A DNA stretch of 62,367 nt from Candidatus Hydrogenedentota bacterium (GTDB taxonomy: Bacteria > Hydrogenedentota > Hydrogenedentia > Hydrogenedentales > SLHB01), in the NCBI GenBank assembly GCA_016209895.1, contig JACQVH010000053.1, forward strand, positions 1 through 62,367. The letters run 5' to 3'. Below are positions 8,447 to 18,166 of this stretch, piece after piece (position 1 is the stretch's first letter; every line of letters starts with the position of its first letter). The position numbers were made by a program, and so were the translations under genes. Under the pieces are notes generated by a model. That model was not told the origin of the DNA. It searched no databases and was given only the letters and a program-made list of their open reading frames with translations.

Positions 8447-8475
8447 TTGACAGATTGGCCGTTTATCGCTAATAT
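8447..8475 (+). promoter_or_regulatory. sigma70-type promoter for the pagL-like gene
   Basis: TTGACA (8447-8452), 17-bp spacer, TAATAT (8470-8475). Confidence 0.65.
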
Positions 8476-8539
8476 TCCTACTAAGAACCAGTGGTCGCTG
8501 ACCAATTGATTGGCGTAACCGCCTAGAGGACAATATGTT

Positions 8540-9088
8540 ATGCATCAAAACCTGTATGCTGGATGCCGATTCGCCTTAGGCATGGTGCTCTTCTTGGCTC
8601 TGGGCAGCTCGGCCCAAGCCGGGAGTTTTCAAGACGGACGGCTGCGCCTCGAAATCAACGGCGTCGGCGGAATTTACTCCGGAAAGACGGACCGTTCGGG
8701 CGATTACTACGTGGGCGGCTCCGTCGAGTACGAGTGGGCCGCGTTCAAGAAGGCCTCACTCGGGCTGCGGTTCTATCCCCTGTTCGTTTACCCGGAGCCG
8801 AAGCCGGTGTATGGCGTGGCCGGGGGTGTCACCGCGCGCATTTACAAGAATCAGGAAGAGCGCAATGGTCTCTTTGCGGAAGTGGGCTCCGCGGTGCTGT
8901 GGCACTCGCGCTATTTCAAGGAAAACAATTCCCGCATCAATTTCCTGAGTGAAATCGGCGTCGGCTACCAATTCCCCAAGAACGACTGGCATCTCGCCCT
9001 GAAGTACCACCACATCTCTAATGCCGGCCTCGCTTCCGAAAACGCCGGCATCAACGGTGTCGGCCTGAGCGTCGGATACAAATTCTAA
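8540..9088 (+). CDS. Outer-membrane acyloxyacyl hydrolase / lipid A 3-O-deacylase (PagL family)
   Basis: Signal peptide, alternating beta strands, YHHISNAG...NAGING motif, terminal Phe. Confidence 0.8.
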   Translation: MHQNLYAGCRFALGMVLFLALGSSAQAGSFQDGRLRLEINGVGGIYSGKTDRSGDYYVGGSVEYEWAAFKKASLGLRFYPLFVYPEPKPVYGVAGGVTARIYKNQEERNGLFAEVGSAVLWHSRYFKENNSRINFLSEIGVGYQFPKNDWHLALKYHHISNAGLASENAGINGVGLSVGYKF

Positions 9089-9152
9089 GATCGCCGCGCC
9101 CAGATTGGACACGCCCACCGAACTTCTGCCACCATCCCCGCCATGAATCATA

Positions 9153-9194
9153 AAGCCACCGGTAACCGGCCGCTAGTCACTGGTCACTAGCCAC
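9153..9194. repeat. Mosaic heptamer array (6 units) just upstream of the SSS start codon
   Basis: aagccac cggtaac cggccgc tagtcac tggtcac tagccac. Confidence 0.75.
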
Positions 9195-9199
9195 TACTC

Positions 9200-10897
9200 A
9201 TGCTCGGCATCAGCGCCTGGGACTGGTTTACCCTCTTCCTCTACCTCGTCGGCGTCACCGCGATCGGCGTGTGGTCGGCGCGCAAAGTGCACAACACCAC
9301 CGACTTCTTCATGGCCGGGCGACGCTTCGGCAAGCTCATGATGATCTCCTTCTCCTTCGGCGCCGGCACCAAGGCGGATGACGCGGTCGGTGTGGCCGCG
9401 AAAACGTACGTCAGCGGAATGTCCGGCATTTGGTATCAATGGCTGTGGCTTTTTTGCACGCCCTTCTATTGGCTAATCGCGCCCGTGTTCCGCCGGATGC
9501 GCGCCATCACCACCGGCGACTTCTTCGAGGCGCGATACGGCCCGAGCGTGACCGTCTTGTACGTGCTCGTCGGCATCCTGCAAATTACGGTAAACATCGG
9601 CGTCATGCTGCGCGGCTCGGCCGCCATCATCGAGTCCGTCTCCGGCGGTTCCATTTCCCAAGCTTGGGCCGTAACAATCATGACCGTGTTCTTCGTAATC
9701 TACGGTGTCGCCGGCGGGCTGGGCGCGGCTATCGTCACGGACTTTATTCAGGGCATCCTCACCATCGCGTTTTCCTTTATGGTGCTCCCGATAGCGCTGC
9801 ACGCCGTTGGCGGCATGTCCGGCCTGCGCGGGCAAATTGCGGACCCGCACATGTTCAGCCTGGTCACGCCCGGCGAGATCAATCGGTTCCACATCGTCAT
9901 GCTGGCTATCAACTCGCTGGTCGGGATCGTGACCCAACCCCACATGATGGGCGTGTGCGCGGCGGGTCGCTCGGAAATGAACGGACGCGTCGGCTTCGTC
10001 GGCGGCAATATCATGAAGCGGGTCTGCACCGTGGCCTGGATGCTGACCGGGCTGTGTGCCGTCGTGTTGTATCCCGGTCTCAAAGGTCCGGAAACGGACC
10101 TCGCGTACGGCAAAATGGCCCGCGATATTCTCCCCCAGATCGCGCCCGGCATGGTCGGAATCTTCCTGGCCGGCCTGCTCGCCTCGATTATGTCGTCCTG
10201 TGATGCGTTCATGGTTTCCTCTTCGGGTCTTTTCACGCAGAACATCTATCGGCGCCATCTGGCCCCGAACCGCACGGAGGCGCACTACCTCCAAGTCGGT
10301 CGCGTCGCGTCCGTCGTCATCGTCGCCGGCGGAATCGCTTTTGCGTTCTGGTTCAAGAACGTCGTGCACGGTCTCGAAACATTTTGGAAAATCATGGCCA
10401 TGATGGGTGTCGCCTTCTGGCTGGGACTGTTCTGGCGCCGCATGACGCCCGCCGGCGCCTGGACCGCTACGCTGGTCGCGTTCGCCGTACTGCTGCTCAC
10501 GAGTTCCGCGCCGTTCCAGGAGTTCGCGCGAGAAAAGCTGCCGGCCTGTATGCTGTGGGACGACCGATTCCGCATGTCGTGGCAAATCTTCAGCTATCTG
10601 ACGGCGGCGCTCATCTCAGGCGTCGTCGTTAGCGTCATTACACGGCCGATAGCCAAAGAACGCCTTGACCTGTTTTACCAATGCCTGCATACGCCATGCG
10701 CTCCCGGCGAGCCCGATGTTGCGCCGTTCACACTGCCGCCCGATGTGAAACCCTACCCCGTACGAAAGTTGATCCACCACCCGGATTTCGAAATTCCGTT
10801 CCCGAGCGCGATAAGCGTGCTGGGATTCGTGGTCGTCTGGCTGGTGGTCTTTGTGATGATCGCCTTCGTTTACTGGCTCGCACAACTTGGAGCCTGA
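9200..10897 (+). CDS. Sodium:solute symporter (SSS) family transporter
   Basis: About 13 TM helices; DFFMAGR, GGLGAAIVTDFIQG, LASIMSSCD motifs. Confidence 0.92.
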   Translation: MLGISAWDWFTLFLYLVGVTAIGVWSARKVHNTTDFFMAGRRFGKLMMISFSFGAGTKADDAVGVAAKTYVSGMSGIWYQWLWLFCTPFYWLIAPVFRRMRAITTGDFFEARYGPSVTVLYVLVGILQITVNIGVMLRGSAAIIESVSGGSISQAWAVTIMTVFFVIYGVAGGLGAAIVTDFIQGILTIAFSFMVLPIALHAVGGMSGLRGQIADPHMFSLVTPGEINRFHIVMLAINSLVGIVTQPHMMGVCAAGRSEMNGRVGFVGGNIMKRVCTVAWMLTGLCAVVLYPGLKGPETDLAYGKMARDILPQIAPGMVGIFLAGLLASIMSSCDAFMVSSSGLFTQNIYRRHLAPNRTEAHYLQVGRVASVVIVAGGIAFAFWFKNVVHGLETFWKIMAMMGVAFWLGLFWRRMTPAGAWTATLVAFAVLLLTSSAPFQEFAREKLPACMLWDDRFRMSWQIFSYLTAALISGVVVSVITRPIAKERLDLFYQCLHTPCAPGEPDVAPFTLPPDVKPYPVRKLIHHPDFEIPFPSAISVLGFVVVWLVVFVMIAFVYWLAQLGA

Positions 10898-10941
10898 TTG
10901 CCCAGACCCGCTTCCGATGAAGCCGTAACATTGCCTCATCC

Positions 10942-11031
10942 GCATGACTTGTCCGATTGGTCCGACGTGTCCGACCCGTCAGACTGGTCCGAAAGGTCCG
11001 ACGGGTCAGACTGGTCCGACCGGCCTGACCA
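10942..11031. repeat. 9-mer tandem array, GTC(C/A)GANNN x about 10
   Basis: gtccgattg gtccgacgt gtccgaccc gtcagactg gtccgaaag gtccgacgg gtcagactg gtccgaccg. Confidence 0.9.
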
Positions 11032-11136
11032 CGTCGAATTTGCCATCAGCTCGAACTCTTACTGACAAAGAAGAGTATCCTATGCTCTACGCATCTCCTT
11101 CATAGTAAATAAGTTATAGCTTGTACAAAAAAGCTC

Positions 11137-11165
11137 TTGACACGTGGAGGATAAAACGGTATAAT
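11137..11165 (+). promoter_or_regulatory. Consensus sigma70 promoter of the rrf2-hemerythrin-qnor unit
   Basis: TTGACA (11137-11142), 17-bp spacer, TATAAT (11160-11165); 23 nt upstream of the ATG. Confidence 0.85.
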
Positions 11166-11188
11166 CGCATGTGATTAGAGGCTAAACC

Positions 11189-11611
11189 ATGATCTCAAGA
11201 ACCGCTCTACACGCGATCCGCGCGCTCGTCGCCTTGGCACAACTCCCCGAAGGCACGTACTCGGGTGCGGTCGCCATCGCCAAAGATATCGGTGCACCCG
11301 AGAATTATCTTGGCAAACTGCTTCAAAGCCTGACCAAGGAAGGTCTGGTCATTTCGCAGAAGGGTATGGGCGGTGGATTCCGACTCGCACGGCCAGCACG
11401 CTCGATCTCGCTCTTTCACGTTGTCGAGCCGTTCGACCACGTGAGCCGTTACATCGGGTGTTTCCTGGGACGTGCGAAATGCTCCAGCGAAGCTCCCTGC
11501 ACTGTCCACAACCGCTGGGAACACGTTCGAGACGCGTATTTACAGCTTCTATCCGAGACCACCATTGCGGATTTGCTGAGCCACCGTGAGCTGGAAGTAC
11601 TGGCCGTGTAA
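11189..11611 (+). CDS. Rrf2-family Fe-S transcriptional regulator
   Basis: YLGKLLQSL...GLV.SQKGMGGGFRLA winged HTH; C-terminal C-x6-C-x5-C-xx-H cluster ligands. Confidence 0.92.
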   Translation: MISRTALHAIRALVALAQLPEGTYSGAVAIAKDIGAPENYLGKLLQSLTKEGLVISQKGMGGGFRLARPARSISLFHVVEPFDHVSRYIGCFLGRAKCSSEAPCTVHNRWEHVRDAYLQLLSETTIADLLSHRELEVLAV

Positions 11612-11684
11612 ATTTTTTTGGCGCAAATAAAGATAAAAATATGCTATTGGCCGGAATTGGCCGACAGCGCAAAGGAGAAAAACC

Positions 11685-12323
11685 ATGAACGTCACCACCA
11701 TTCTGAAGAACGAACATCGCGTCATCGAGCAAGTGCTCGTGTGCCTCGAACGCATTGCCCGGGACGCCGCCACCAACCAGAAGTTGGATGGCGCCGCGGC
11801 CAAAGATGCCATCGCATTTTTCCGCAACTTCGCAGACAAATGCCATCACGGGAAAGAAGAAGTTCATCTCTTCCCCGCGTTGGAAGACCGCGGCATGCCC
11901 AAGCAGGGCGGGCCGCTCGGCGTCATGCTCGACGAGCATACCCAGGGCCGCAGCCACGTCCGCGCCATGGACGACGCGATTGACGATGCCGCCAACGGCG
12001 ACTCCGCTGCCATCCAGCAATTCGCGCGGCACGCCCAAGCCTACATCCTCCTGCTCGGCCAGCACATCCACAAAGAGGACCACTGCCTCTTCGCCATGGC
12101 TGATGGACTGTTGTCGGAAGCCGATCAACTGGCGCTCTTGAACACCTTCGAGCACGTCGAGCGCGATGAAATGGGGGAAGGCACACACGAAAAGTTTCAC
12201 GCCATCGCTGATCAGTTGGCGGAAAAATACGGCGTCACCAAGGCCGAGGTCGTAAGTGAAGGCGGACACGCCCCCTTCACCTGCTCGCATCACCAGAAGC
12301 CGGCTCCAGCGGAAACCAACTGA
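11685..12323 (+). CDS. Hemerythrin/HHE cation-binding protein
   Basis: EH, HHGKEE..LFP, EH..GR, HIHKED..LF motifs. Confidence 0.9.
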   Translation: MNVTTILKNEHRVIEQVLVCLERIARDAATNQKLDGAAAKDAIAFFRNFADKCHHGKEEVHLFPALEDRGMPKQGGPLGVMLDEHTQGRSHVRAMDDAIDDAANGDSAAIQQFARHAQAYILLLGQHIHKEDHCLFAMADGLLSEADQLALLNTFEHVERDEMGEGTHEKFHAIADQLAEKYGVTKAEVVSEGGHAPFTCSHHQKPAPAETN

Positions 12324-12373
12324 TCTACGCGAATTGAAATGAAAAGCAACGAGTTCTCAACACTGTCTTATTT

Positions 12374-12513
12374 GTCATTCTGAGCACAGCGAAGAATCTC
12401 ACACACCCTAAACCCAGCCCTCGTGTCATTCTGAGCGCAGCGAAGAATCTCTTACACCTGAGACGTCGGTTTGCAAGACTCCTCGTCCCCTGGAACGTGG
12501 GACTCAGAATGAC
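12374..12513. repeat. REP-like cluster: two direct copies of GTCATTCTGAGCRCAGCGAAGAATCTC plus an inverted partner ending CTCAGAATGAC
   Basis: Copies at 12374-12400 and 12425-12451; inverted half at about 12476-12513. Confidence 0.8.
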
Positions 12514-12539
12514 GCTAGCTAAAGAATGAGAGGAAATTC

Positions 12540-14849
12540 ATGATCAGCAGAGGATTGAAGGCGTTCTTTCTGTTCTCATTGTTCGGCGCCATCGCCATTA
12601 CCTTGGTCGGTGGCTGGTATACCCTCGAAGCCGCGCCGCCGTATCCGACCGAGACGGTGGACGATTCCGGCGCCGTGCTCAGCACCAAAGAGAACCTGCT
12701 CCAAGGCCAGATGGTCTGGCAGAAATACGGCCTGATGGACAACGGTTCGGTCTGGGGCCACGGCACGTATCGCGGAAATGACTACACCGCGACGACACTG
12801 CACCTCATCGGCCAGTTCATGCGGGCGCAATACGCTCAAGAGAAGTTCAACGGTCTTTACGAGAATCTCAGCGATGACCAGGAGGCGGCCGTAGACCGCG
12901 GTGTCATTCAGGAACTAAAGACGAACCGACTGGACCAAGACACTCTACGGTTGAGGCTCACCAAAGCCGAGGCCGTCGCGCTCACACGGGTGCGCGCCCA
13001 TTGGGACCGCGTATTCTCGAAAGGCGACCTGCCGACCGCCGTGTCGCCGAACGTCATCAAGGCCGCCGAAGAGCGGCAAAACCTCGCCGACTTCTTCTTC
13101 TGGACAGCGTGGGCAGCCGGTACGTTGCGCCCCGGAAAGGCACTCACCTACACGAACAATTGGCCGCCGGACCGCAGCGTCGGCAACGAGATTGCCCCCG
13201 AAGCCGTCGTGTGGTCCATCGCTTCCCTGCTCGGCCTGATGGTAGCGCTGGGTGGCGCCATCCTGTTCTTTTTCAAAGGCAACTTCGATAAAGACCTCAC
13301 GGGCATGGAACTCGACGACCGCGTAGGCGAGAAACTGATCAATCTGCCCATCACCTCCAGCCAACGCAAGACCGCCAAGTACTTCCTTGTGGTGATGCTG
13401 CTGTTCTTCCTGCAACTCATGCAGGGCGGGTTGCTCGCCCACTACACGGTGCATCCCGGAGAGTTCTACGGCATCAAGGCCGTCTCCGACCATGTCCCCT
13501 ATAACTGGCCCAAGTCCTGGCACCTTCAACTCGCCATCTTCTGGATCGCCACCGCCTGGGTCGGCGCCGCCATTTACCTCGCGCCGATCGCGGGACGCAA
13601 GGAACCCCGGTGGCAAGGCCTGCTCGTGGACGTTCTGTTCGGGGCCGTCGTATTCGTCGTAGCCGGTTCGCTGCTGGGCAGCTTTCTCGGCGTGAAGGGC
13701 CTCGCCGGAAAACATTGGTTCTGGATCGGCCACCAAGGTTGGGAATTCCTCGAGTCGGGACGGCTCTGGCAGATTCTCCTGCTGGTCGGCCTGGTCATCT
13801 GGCTCTACATCGTGGCGCGCGCCATCATTAGCAACTTTGGTAAAGGCCAGGACCGCTGGGGGACCGTGCCCTTCTATACTTACTCCGCCATTGCTATCGT
13901 TTCGTTCTTCGCGTTCGGCCTTTTCTACTCGCCGCGCACCCACATTACCATCGCCGATTTCTGGCGCTGGTGGGTCGTGCACACCTGGGTAGAAGGCATT
14001 TTCGAGTTCTTCGCCGCCGCCGCGATGGCCTACGTCGTCACCACGCTCGGCCTCGCCCCGAAGCAGAAAGCGCTTCGCGCCGCCTACCTCACCGCCAGCT
14101 TGGCCATGTTCAGCGGCATCATCGGCGTCGGCCACCACTACTACTGGTTCGGCGACCCGGACCTGTGGCTCGCGCTCGGCGGCGTGGTCTCGACCATGGA
14201 GCCCGTGCCCATCATCCTGCTGCTCGTCAAGGTGGCCCTCGACGCGCGCCACTCGCCCGCCGCAAATGAGTCGTTCCCGTATAAGTGGCCCGTGATGTTC
14301 ATGGGCGCTTCGTCGGCGTGGGCGTTCCTCGGCGCGGGCGTGTTCGGTTTCATCATCACGACGCCGATGGTGAATTACTACGAGCACTCGACGTACCTGA
14401 CCATGAACCACGGCCACACCGCGCTGTTCGGCACCTACGGCATGCTGGCCATCGGCCTGATGTTGTTTGCCCTTCGCGGTCTCATCGAGCCGAAGCATTG
14501 GAACAATACGCTCTTGAAACTCGGATTCATCGGCACCAACTTCGGCCTGCTCCTGATGGCCCTCTTCACCCTGATGCCGGTCGGCTTCATGCAGGCGTGG
14601 GACTCCTTCGAAAATGGCCTGTGGCACGCCCGCAGCCCCGAGTTCTACAACCTGCCGCTCGTGAGATTCATCGGCCAGTGGCGTCTCATCCCCGACTTGA
14701 TCATCATCGCTGGCGCGCTCTGCCTGGTCCTGTTTGTGATACGCGCCATGCGACACCTGAAACCCGCGACTGTCGCCGAAGAAGAGCTAATCCTGATCCC
14801 CGACGCCGAGCACAAGCCCGGCAGAATCCCCGCGTCCCGCGCCGCCTAA
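12540..14849 (+). CDS. norB: Quinol-dependent nitric oxide reductase (qNor)
   Basis: GSVWGHG, WWVVHTWVEG.FEFF, GVGHHYYW, STMEPVP, NHGHTALFG, RLIPD; heme, FeB and quinol ligands are retained. Confidence 0.92.
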   Translation: MISRGLKAFFLFSLFGAIAITLVGGWYTLEAAPPYPTETVDDSGAVLSTKENLLQGQMVWQKYGLMDNGSVWGHGTYRGNDYTATTLHLIGQFMRAQYAQEKFNGLYENLSDDQEAAVDRGVIQELKTNRLDQDTLRLRLTKAEAVALTRVRAHWDRVFSKGDLPTAVSPNVIKAAEERQNLADFFFWTAWAAGTLRPGKALTYTNNWPPDRSVGNEIAPEAVVWSIASLLGLMVALGGAILFFFKGNFDKDLTGMELDDRVGEKLINLPITSSQRKTAKYFLVVMLLFFLQLMQGGLLAHYTVHPGEFYGIKAVSDHVPYNWPKSWHLQLAIFWIATAWVGAAIYLAPIAGRKEPRWQGLLVDVLFGAVVFVVAGSLLGSFLGVKGLAGKHWFWIGHQGWEFLESGRLWQILLLVGLVIWLYIVARAIISNFGKGQDRWGTVPFYTYSAIAIVSFFAFGLFYSPRTHITIADFWRWWVVHTWVEGIFEFFAAAAMAYVVTTLGLAPKQKALRAAYLTASLAMFSGIIGVGHHYYWFGDPDLWLALGGVVSTMEPVPIILLLVKVALDARHSPAANESFPYKWPVMFMGASSAWAFLGAGVFGFIITTPMVNYYEHSTYLTMNHGHTALFGTYGMLAIGLMLFALRGLIEPKHWNNTLLKLGFIGTNFGLLLMALFTLMPVGFMQAWDSFENGLWHARSPEFYNLPLVRFIGQWRLIPDLIIIAGALCLVLFVIRAMRHLKPATVAEEELILIPDAEHKPGRIPASRAA

Positions 14850-14884
14850 AGCCTAACTTTCGCAATCTCGACGACGCGTTCGAT

Positions 14885-14950
14885 GTAGCGCCCGCCCTCT
14901 GCGGCGGGCGCAACCCCCAAGCACCCAGGGCGGCCTACCCCAGGCCGCCC
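14885..14950. repeat. GTAG-tagged REP-like hairpin plus a second perfect 10-bp hairpin downstream of qnor
   Basis: GTAG + GCGCCCGCC-ctctgc-GGCGGGCGC (14885-14911); AGGGCGGCCT-accc-AGGCCGCCCT (14927-14950). Confidence 0.7.
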
Positions 14951-15096
14951 TCCGCATTTCTTGGAGCCTCCAATCCCTGGGACTTGTGGTCGCGGCCACC
15001 ATCTCCAAAGCCTAGCCCCTTCGTCATGTTGACCGCACTCGGGGAGGGGACTAGAATCTTTCCTTGGGTCGGCGCTGGGGTGCGGAGGATGTCGCG

Positions 15097-16770
15097 ATGA
15101 AACGGTATAGTTTTGGTACCTTCCTGGTGGATGAATCCAATCGCGAGGCGCTTCAACTCTGCCAGGATATCGCCAATCTTCAACCGGTATCGCCCATGCC
15201 CCTGGTGCTCGTGGGCGACGAAGGTTGCGGCAAGACCCATCTCCTCTACTCGATTGTCAACCGCGTGCGGGCGGCTTCGGGAAGAACCGGACTCGCCTAT
15301 GTAACCGCGCACGATTTTCCGGACCAAGTCCGCGCCCTCATTGACGATCCTTCTCCGGTCGAACGCGCGCCGAACGCCATTCTGCTCGTGGACCAGTTGG
15401 ACCAATTCGTGAATCTCGTCGCCGAACTCGAAGCGGTGGTTCGAATCTTCTTGGAAAACAATCAGTACGTGGTCCTGGCCACCAAGACCCACCCGGGCCG
15501 GCTGACCCGATTAACGCCGCGGTTGCGAAACCTGCTCGCCTCCGGGCGCAATGTGACCATCTTTTCCCAAGATGCGCAGTGCCAACTCGAACTCGCCAAG
15601 CGGGAAGCGCGGCTTGAAGCCGAGGAACGACTCGCCCAACAACAGGAAGAGATCGTGCGGTTGCGAGAAGCGCTAGACCTGAGGCTGAAGGCGGTAGGCC
15701 GCAGGCCGGAGGAAGCGACCATGGCGCGGGTCGAGTCACTCGAGCCGGCGATGCCGCCCCAGGACGAACCCGACATATCGAGCGTGGACTCGATGCGTCG
15801 GGAACTCGAGGCGGAACGGGCGGCGAAGATTCAATCGCAGACGGAGATCGAATGCCTTGAACGCGAATGTGCCGAGCTACGCGGGCAGTTGGAGGCGGCC
15901 CACGCCGAGCGTGACCGCGCCCGTGACCAAGCCGACCGGATGCTCGAACGCGCCGAAAAATTGGTCGCTCTCATCGAGGCCGGCAAGCAACGGTTTGCCG
16001 AGTCGGACCAGCAACAGCGTCGTCACATCCAGGAACTGGAGGCGCTATTTGCGCAGGGCGGCGCGGCCGCCATTTCGGCCGTGGACCTGAATGCGGCGGA
16101 ACGAACGAAACCGGCGGCCGTGGCGGAATGCGAGGAAATCCGTCGCGAAGCCGCGGCCCAAGTCGCCCGCGCCCAGGCCCGGGCCGGGGAGCTCGAAGAA
16201 CGGTTGACTCGGTTGCGCGCGGTATTGAACTTGTCGCGAAGTACCGGAACGCAGGTGGCGGCTCAGCTCGGCGGATTGCATGAACAATTCGCCGCCGCCG
16301 CCGAGACGCTTGCCGAATTGGCGGGCGAGTTGACTTCCGTCGCCCAGGCCGCGGAAGCCGGGCGGCTCGATCCCGAACGCGCCGAGACGTGGGGCCGAGT
16401 CGAGGGGCTTGCCGAATTACTGGGACCGACCACGGACGGTCTTGCCATCGCGACCGTTGGCGCACCCGAACCGGCGCGCGAGGCGACGCGCTTCGAGGCG
16501 CCGTCCGGGAATAGCGGAAACGTGGCGGCGCTTTCCGTTACGGAGCCGGCTGAATTGCCGAGAGACGAGAACCTTGCCGCAGGCCCACAATCAATGCGCA
16601 ATCTGATTGAATCCGAATTGGAGGTGGACGCGATCCGCGCGTCCCCTGACAACGACCGGCTGGTCCTCGATGACCTACACCTATTCGACGCGTTTTCCGT
16701 CCCGGCCGCGCCGGTTCAGCCGTTGCCTAAGCTGAGCTCGTTGCAAGAGGATTCGGACCCATCCATCTAA
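15097..16770 (+). CDS. DnaA/Hda-type AAA+ domain fused to a long coiled coil and acidic tail (557 aa)
   Basis: YSFGTFLVDESNREA, PLVLVGDEGCGKTHLL (Walker A), ILLVDQLDQF (variant Walker B); Glu/Arg/Ala heptads from about aa 170 to 440; no DnaA domain IV. Confidence 0.75.
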   Translation: MKRYSFGTFLVDESNREALQLCQDIANLQPVSPMPLVLVGDEGCGKTHLLYSIVNRVRAASGRTGLAYVTAHDFPDQVRALIDDPSPVERAPNAILLVDQLDQFVNLVAELEAVVRIFLENNQYVVLATKTHPGRLTRLTPRLRNLLASGRNVTIFSQDAQCQLELAKREARLEAEERLAQQQEEIVRLREALDLRLKAVGRRPEEATMARVESLEPAMPPQDEPDISSVDSMRRELEAERAAKIQSQTEIECLERECAELRGQLEAAHAERDRARDQADRMLERAEKLVALIEAGKQRFAESDQQQRRHIQELEALFAQGGAAAISAVDLNAAERTKPAAVAECEEIRREAAAQVARAQARAGELEERLTRLRAVLNLSRSTGTQVAAQLGGLHEQFAAAAETLAELAGELTSVAQAAEAGRLDPERAETWGRVEGLAELLGPTTDGLAIATVGAPEPAREATRFEAPSGNSGNVAALSVTEPAELPRDENLAAGPQSMRNLIESELEVDAIRASPDNDRLVLDDLHLFDAFSVPAAPVQPLPKLSSLQEDSDPSI

Positions 16771-16774
16771 GCGA

Positions 16775-17374
16775 ATGCGAGACTCGAAGGACACTCCCGC
16801 CACGCCCGCCGGCTTTCCTGAGCACATCCTCGAACTGTTTCAGGTCATTCACCCATTAGACCGCATCGCCCGGGCCGGCTACGTCTTGCGCGGGGTGCCG
16901 GAACCCGAATCGGTCGCGGCGCATTCCCATTTCGTGGCGCTACTGACCTTGTTGTTCGTCGAGGAGTATCCGGAGCAATTCAACCACGAGAAGGCGTTGG
17001 CGATGGCCTTGATCCACGACCTGTCCGAGGCCCGCCTCATGGACATTCCCATGCCCAGCAGCATGGCCTATCTTCGCGAGGCCAAAGACGCCGCCGAACA
17101 AGCGATCATTGAAGAGTTGCTGCAGGGATTTCCCCGCCGATTTGCGGAGTACCATCGGGAATTGCTCGCGGCATCCAGTCCGGAGGCAAGACTGGTCCGG
17201 GGACTGGACAAGGCGCAAATGATGGTCAAGGTACTTTGTTACGACCGGGAACATCGGGGGTACTTGGACGAATTCTGGAAGAATCCTCACAACTTCAACG
17301 ACTTCGGCGTGCCGAGCGTTTCCAATCTCTTCGATGCCATCTGTCGGCACGCCGGGCGACCTCGGCCCCAGTAG
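16775..17374 (+). CDS. HD-domain hydrolase (YfbR/HDDC2-like)
   Basis: ESVAAHS, LIHDLSEA..DIP, EARLVRGLDK motifs. Confidence 0.88.
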   Translation: MRDSKDTPATPAGFPEHILELFQVIHPLDRIARAGYVLRGVPEPESVAAHSHFVALLTLLFVEEYPEQFNHEKALAMALIHDLSEARLMDIPMPSSMAYLREAKDAAEQAIIEELLQGFPRRFAEYHRELLAASSPEARLVRGLDKAQMMVKVLCYDREHRGYLDEFWKNPHNFNDFGVPSVSNLFDAICRHAGRPRPQ

Positions 17375-17581
17375 GACTTCTATCGCATCCGCACACTGCC
17401 TTGGACCTTGGTGGACGTGGTGCGCGCTTGAAGCATAAGTTGGCGTTTGCTACTCAGTGACAAAAAATGTCGTTTGCCAACGTGTTTGGTCCAAAAATGT
17501 AGCACTCGAGCCCCGTGCCCAAAAGCCGTGAAAACGTCATAGTATGCTGGAAACAAATGGGTTACAAGTATGCGTCCAGTC

Positions 17582-17597
17582 TTGGCATGGTTGTTGC
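17582..17597 (+). promoter_or_regulatory. sigma54 (-24/-12) promoter upstream of the pilin gene
   Basis: TTGGCA-TGGTTG-TTGC with GG-N10-GC spacing, 82 nt upstream of the pilin ATG; GACA-N5-TGTC palindrome at 17459-17471 is a possible enhancer. Confidence 0.65.
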
Positions 17598-17679
17598 CCA
17601 TTATCTTCGTTGCTGCTTGGCCGAGTGTGCCTGCGCAGCGGTTGGAGTTGGAAAGCCAAACAATTTGGAGGGTATGTGT

Positions 17680-18141
17680 ATGAAGAAGAGTGGTTTCACT
17701 TTGATCGAGTTGATGATTGTGGTGGCGATTATTGCCATCATCGCAGCCATCGCCGTGCCGCAGTTGTTGCGCAACCGAATCACGGCTAACGAAACGTCGG
17801 CACTGGGCGCGATGCGCACCATTGCCACGGCGGAACAGTCGTTTCAATCGGCCGCCCTGCTCGATTCGAACAGTGACGGCCAGGGTGAGTACACGAATCT
17901 CGGGACGCTTTTCGCGCCACCGTCGGGCAGCCCCCCGTTCGTTGACTCACAATTGGGCGGCGGCCTGAAGCACGGCTATACTTTTGTGGCAACGCCGGGT
18001 ACCGCGTCTCCGCCCACGTACTCGGCTACGGGGACTCCTCAAGCCGCCAACCAGGGCATTCGAAACTTCTTCGTAGACGAGAGTGGTGTGGTACGGTTTG
18101 CCAATGGCGCCGCGGCCACCTCTGCTTCGCCTTCGATATAA
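17680..18141 (+). CDS. Type IV pilin-like protein (153 aa)
   Basis: MKKSG|FTLIELMIVVAIIAIIAAIAVP prepilin cleavage/N-methylation motif; GGAGG SD. Confidence 0.9.
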   Translation: MKKSGFTLIELMIVVAIIAIIAAIAVPQLLRNRITANETSALGAMRTIATAEQSFQSAALLDSNSDGQGEYTNLGTLFAPPSGSPPFVDSQLGGGLKHGYTFVATPGTASPPTYSATGTPQAANQGIRNFFVDESGVVRFANGAAATSASPSI

Positions 18142-18166
18142 ACTGACAGTAGTATCCCCATCCAGT

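Noticed and set aside
12945-14756. 603-aa minus-strand ORF (likewise 9473-10585, 29881-31479, 42400-43209, 43312-44466, 57992-59152 and many others)
   Set aside because: Antisense shadows of well-supported genes in GC-rich DNA; no motifs or SD.
12540-14849. Nitric oxide dismutase (NOD) instead of qNor
   Set aside because: The FeB His-His pair (GHH), the Glu in TMEP and the quinol-site His (AHY) and Asp (RLIPD) are canonical; NOD candidates substitute these.
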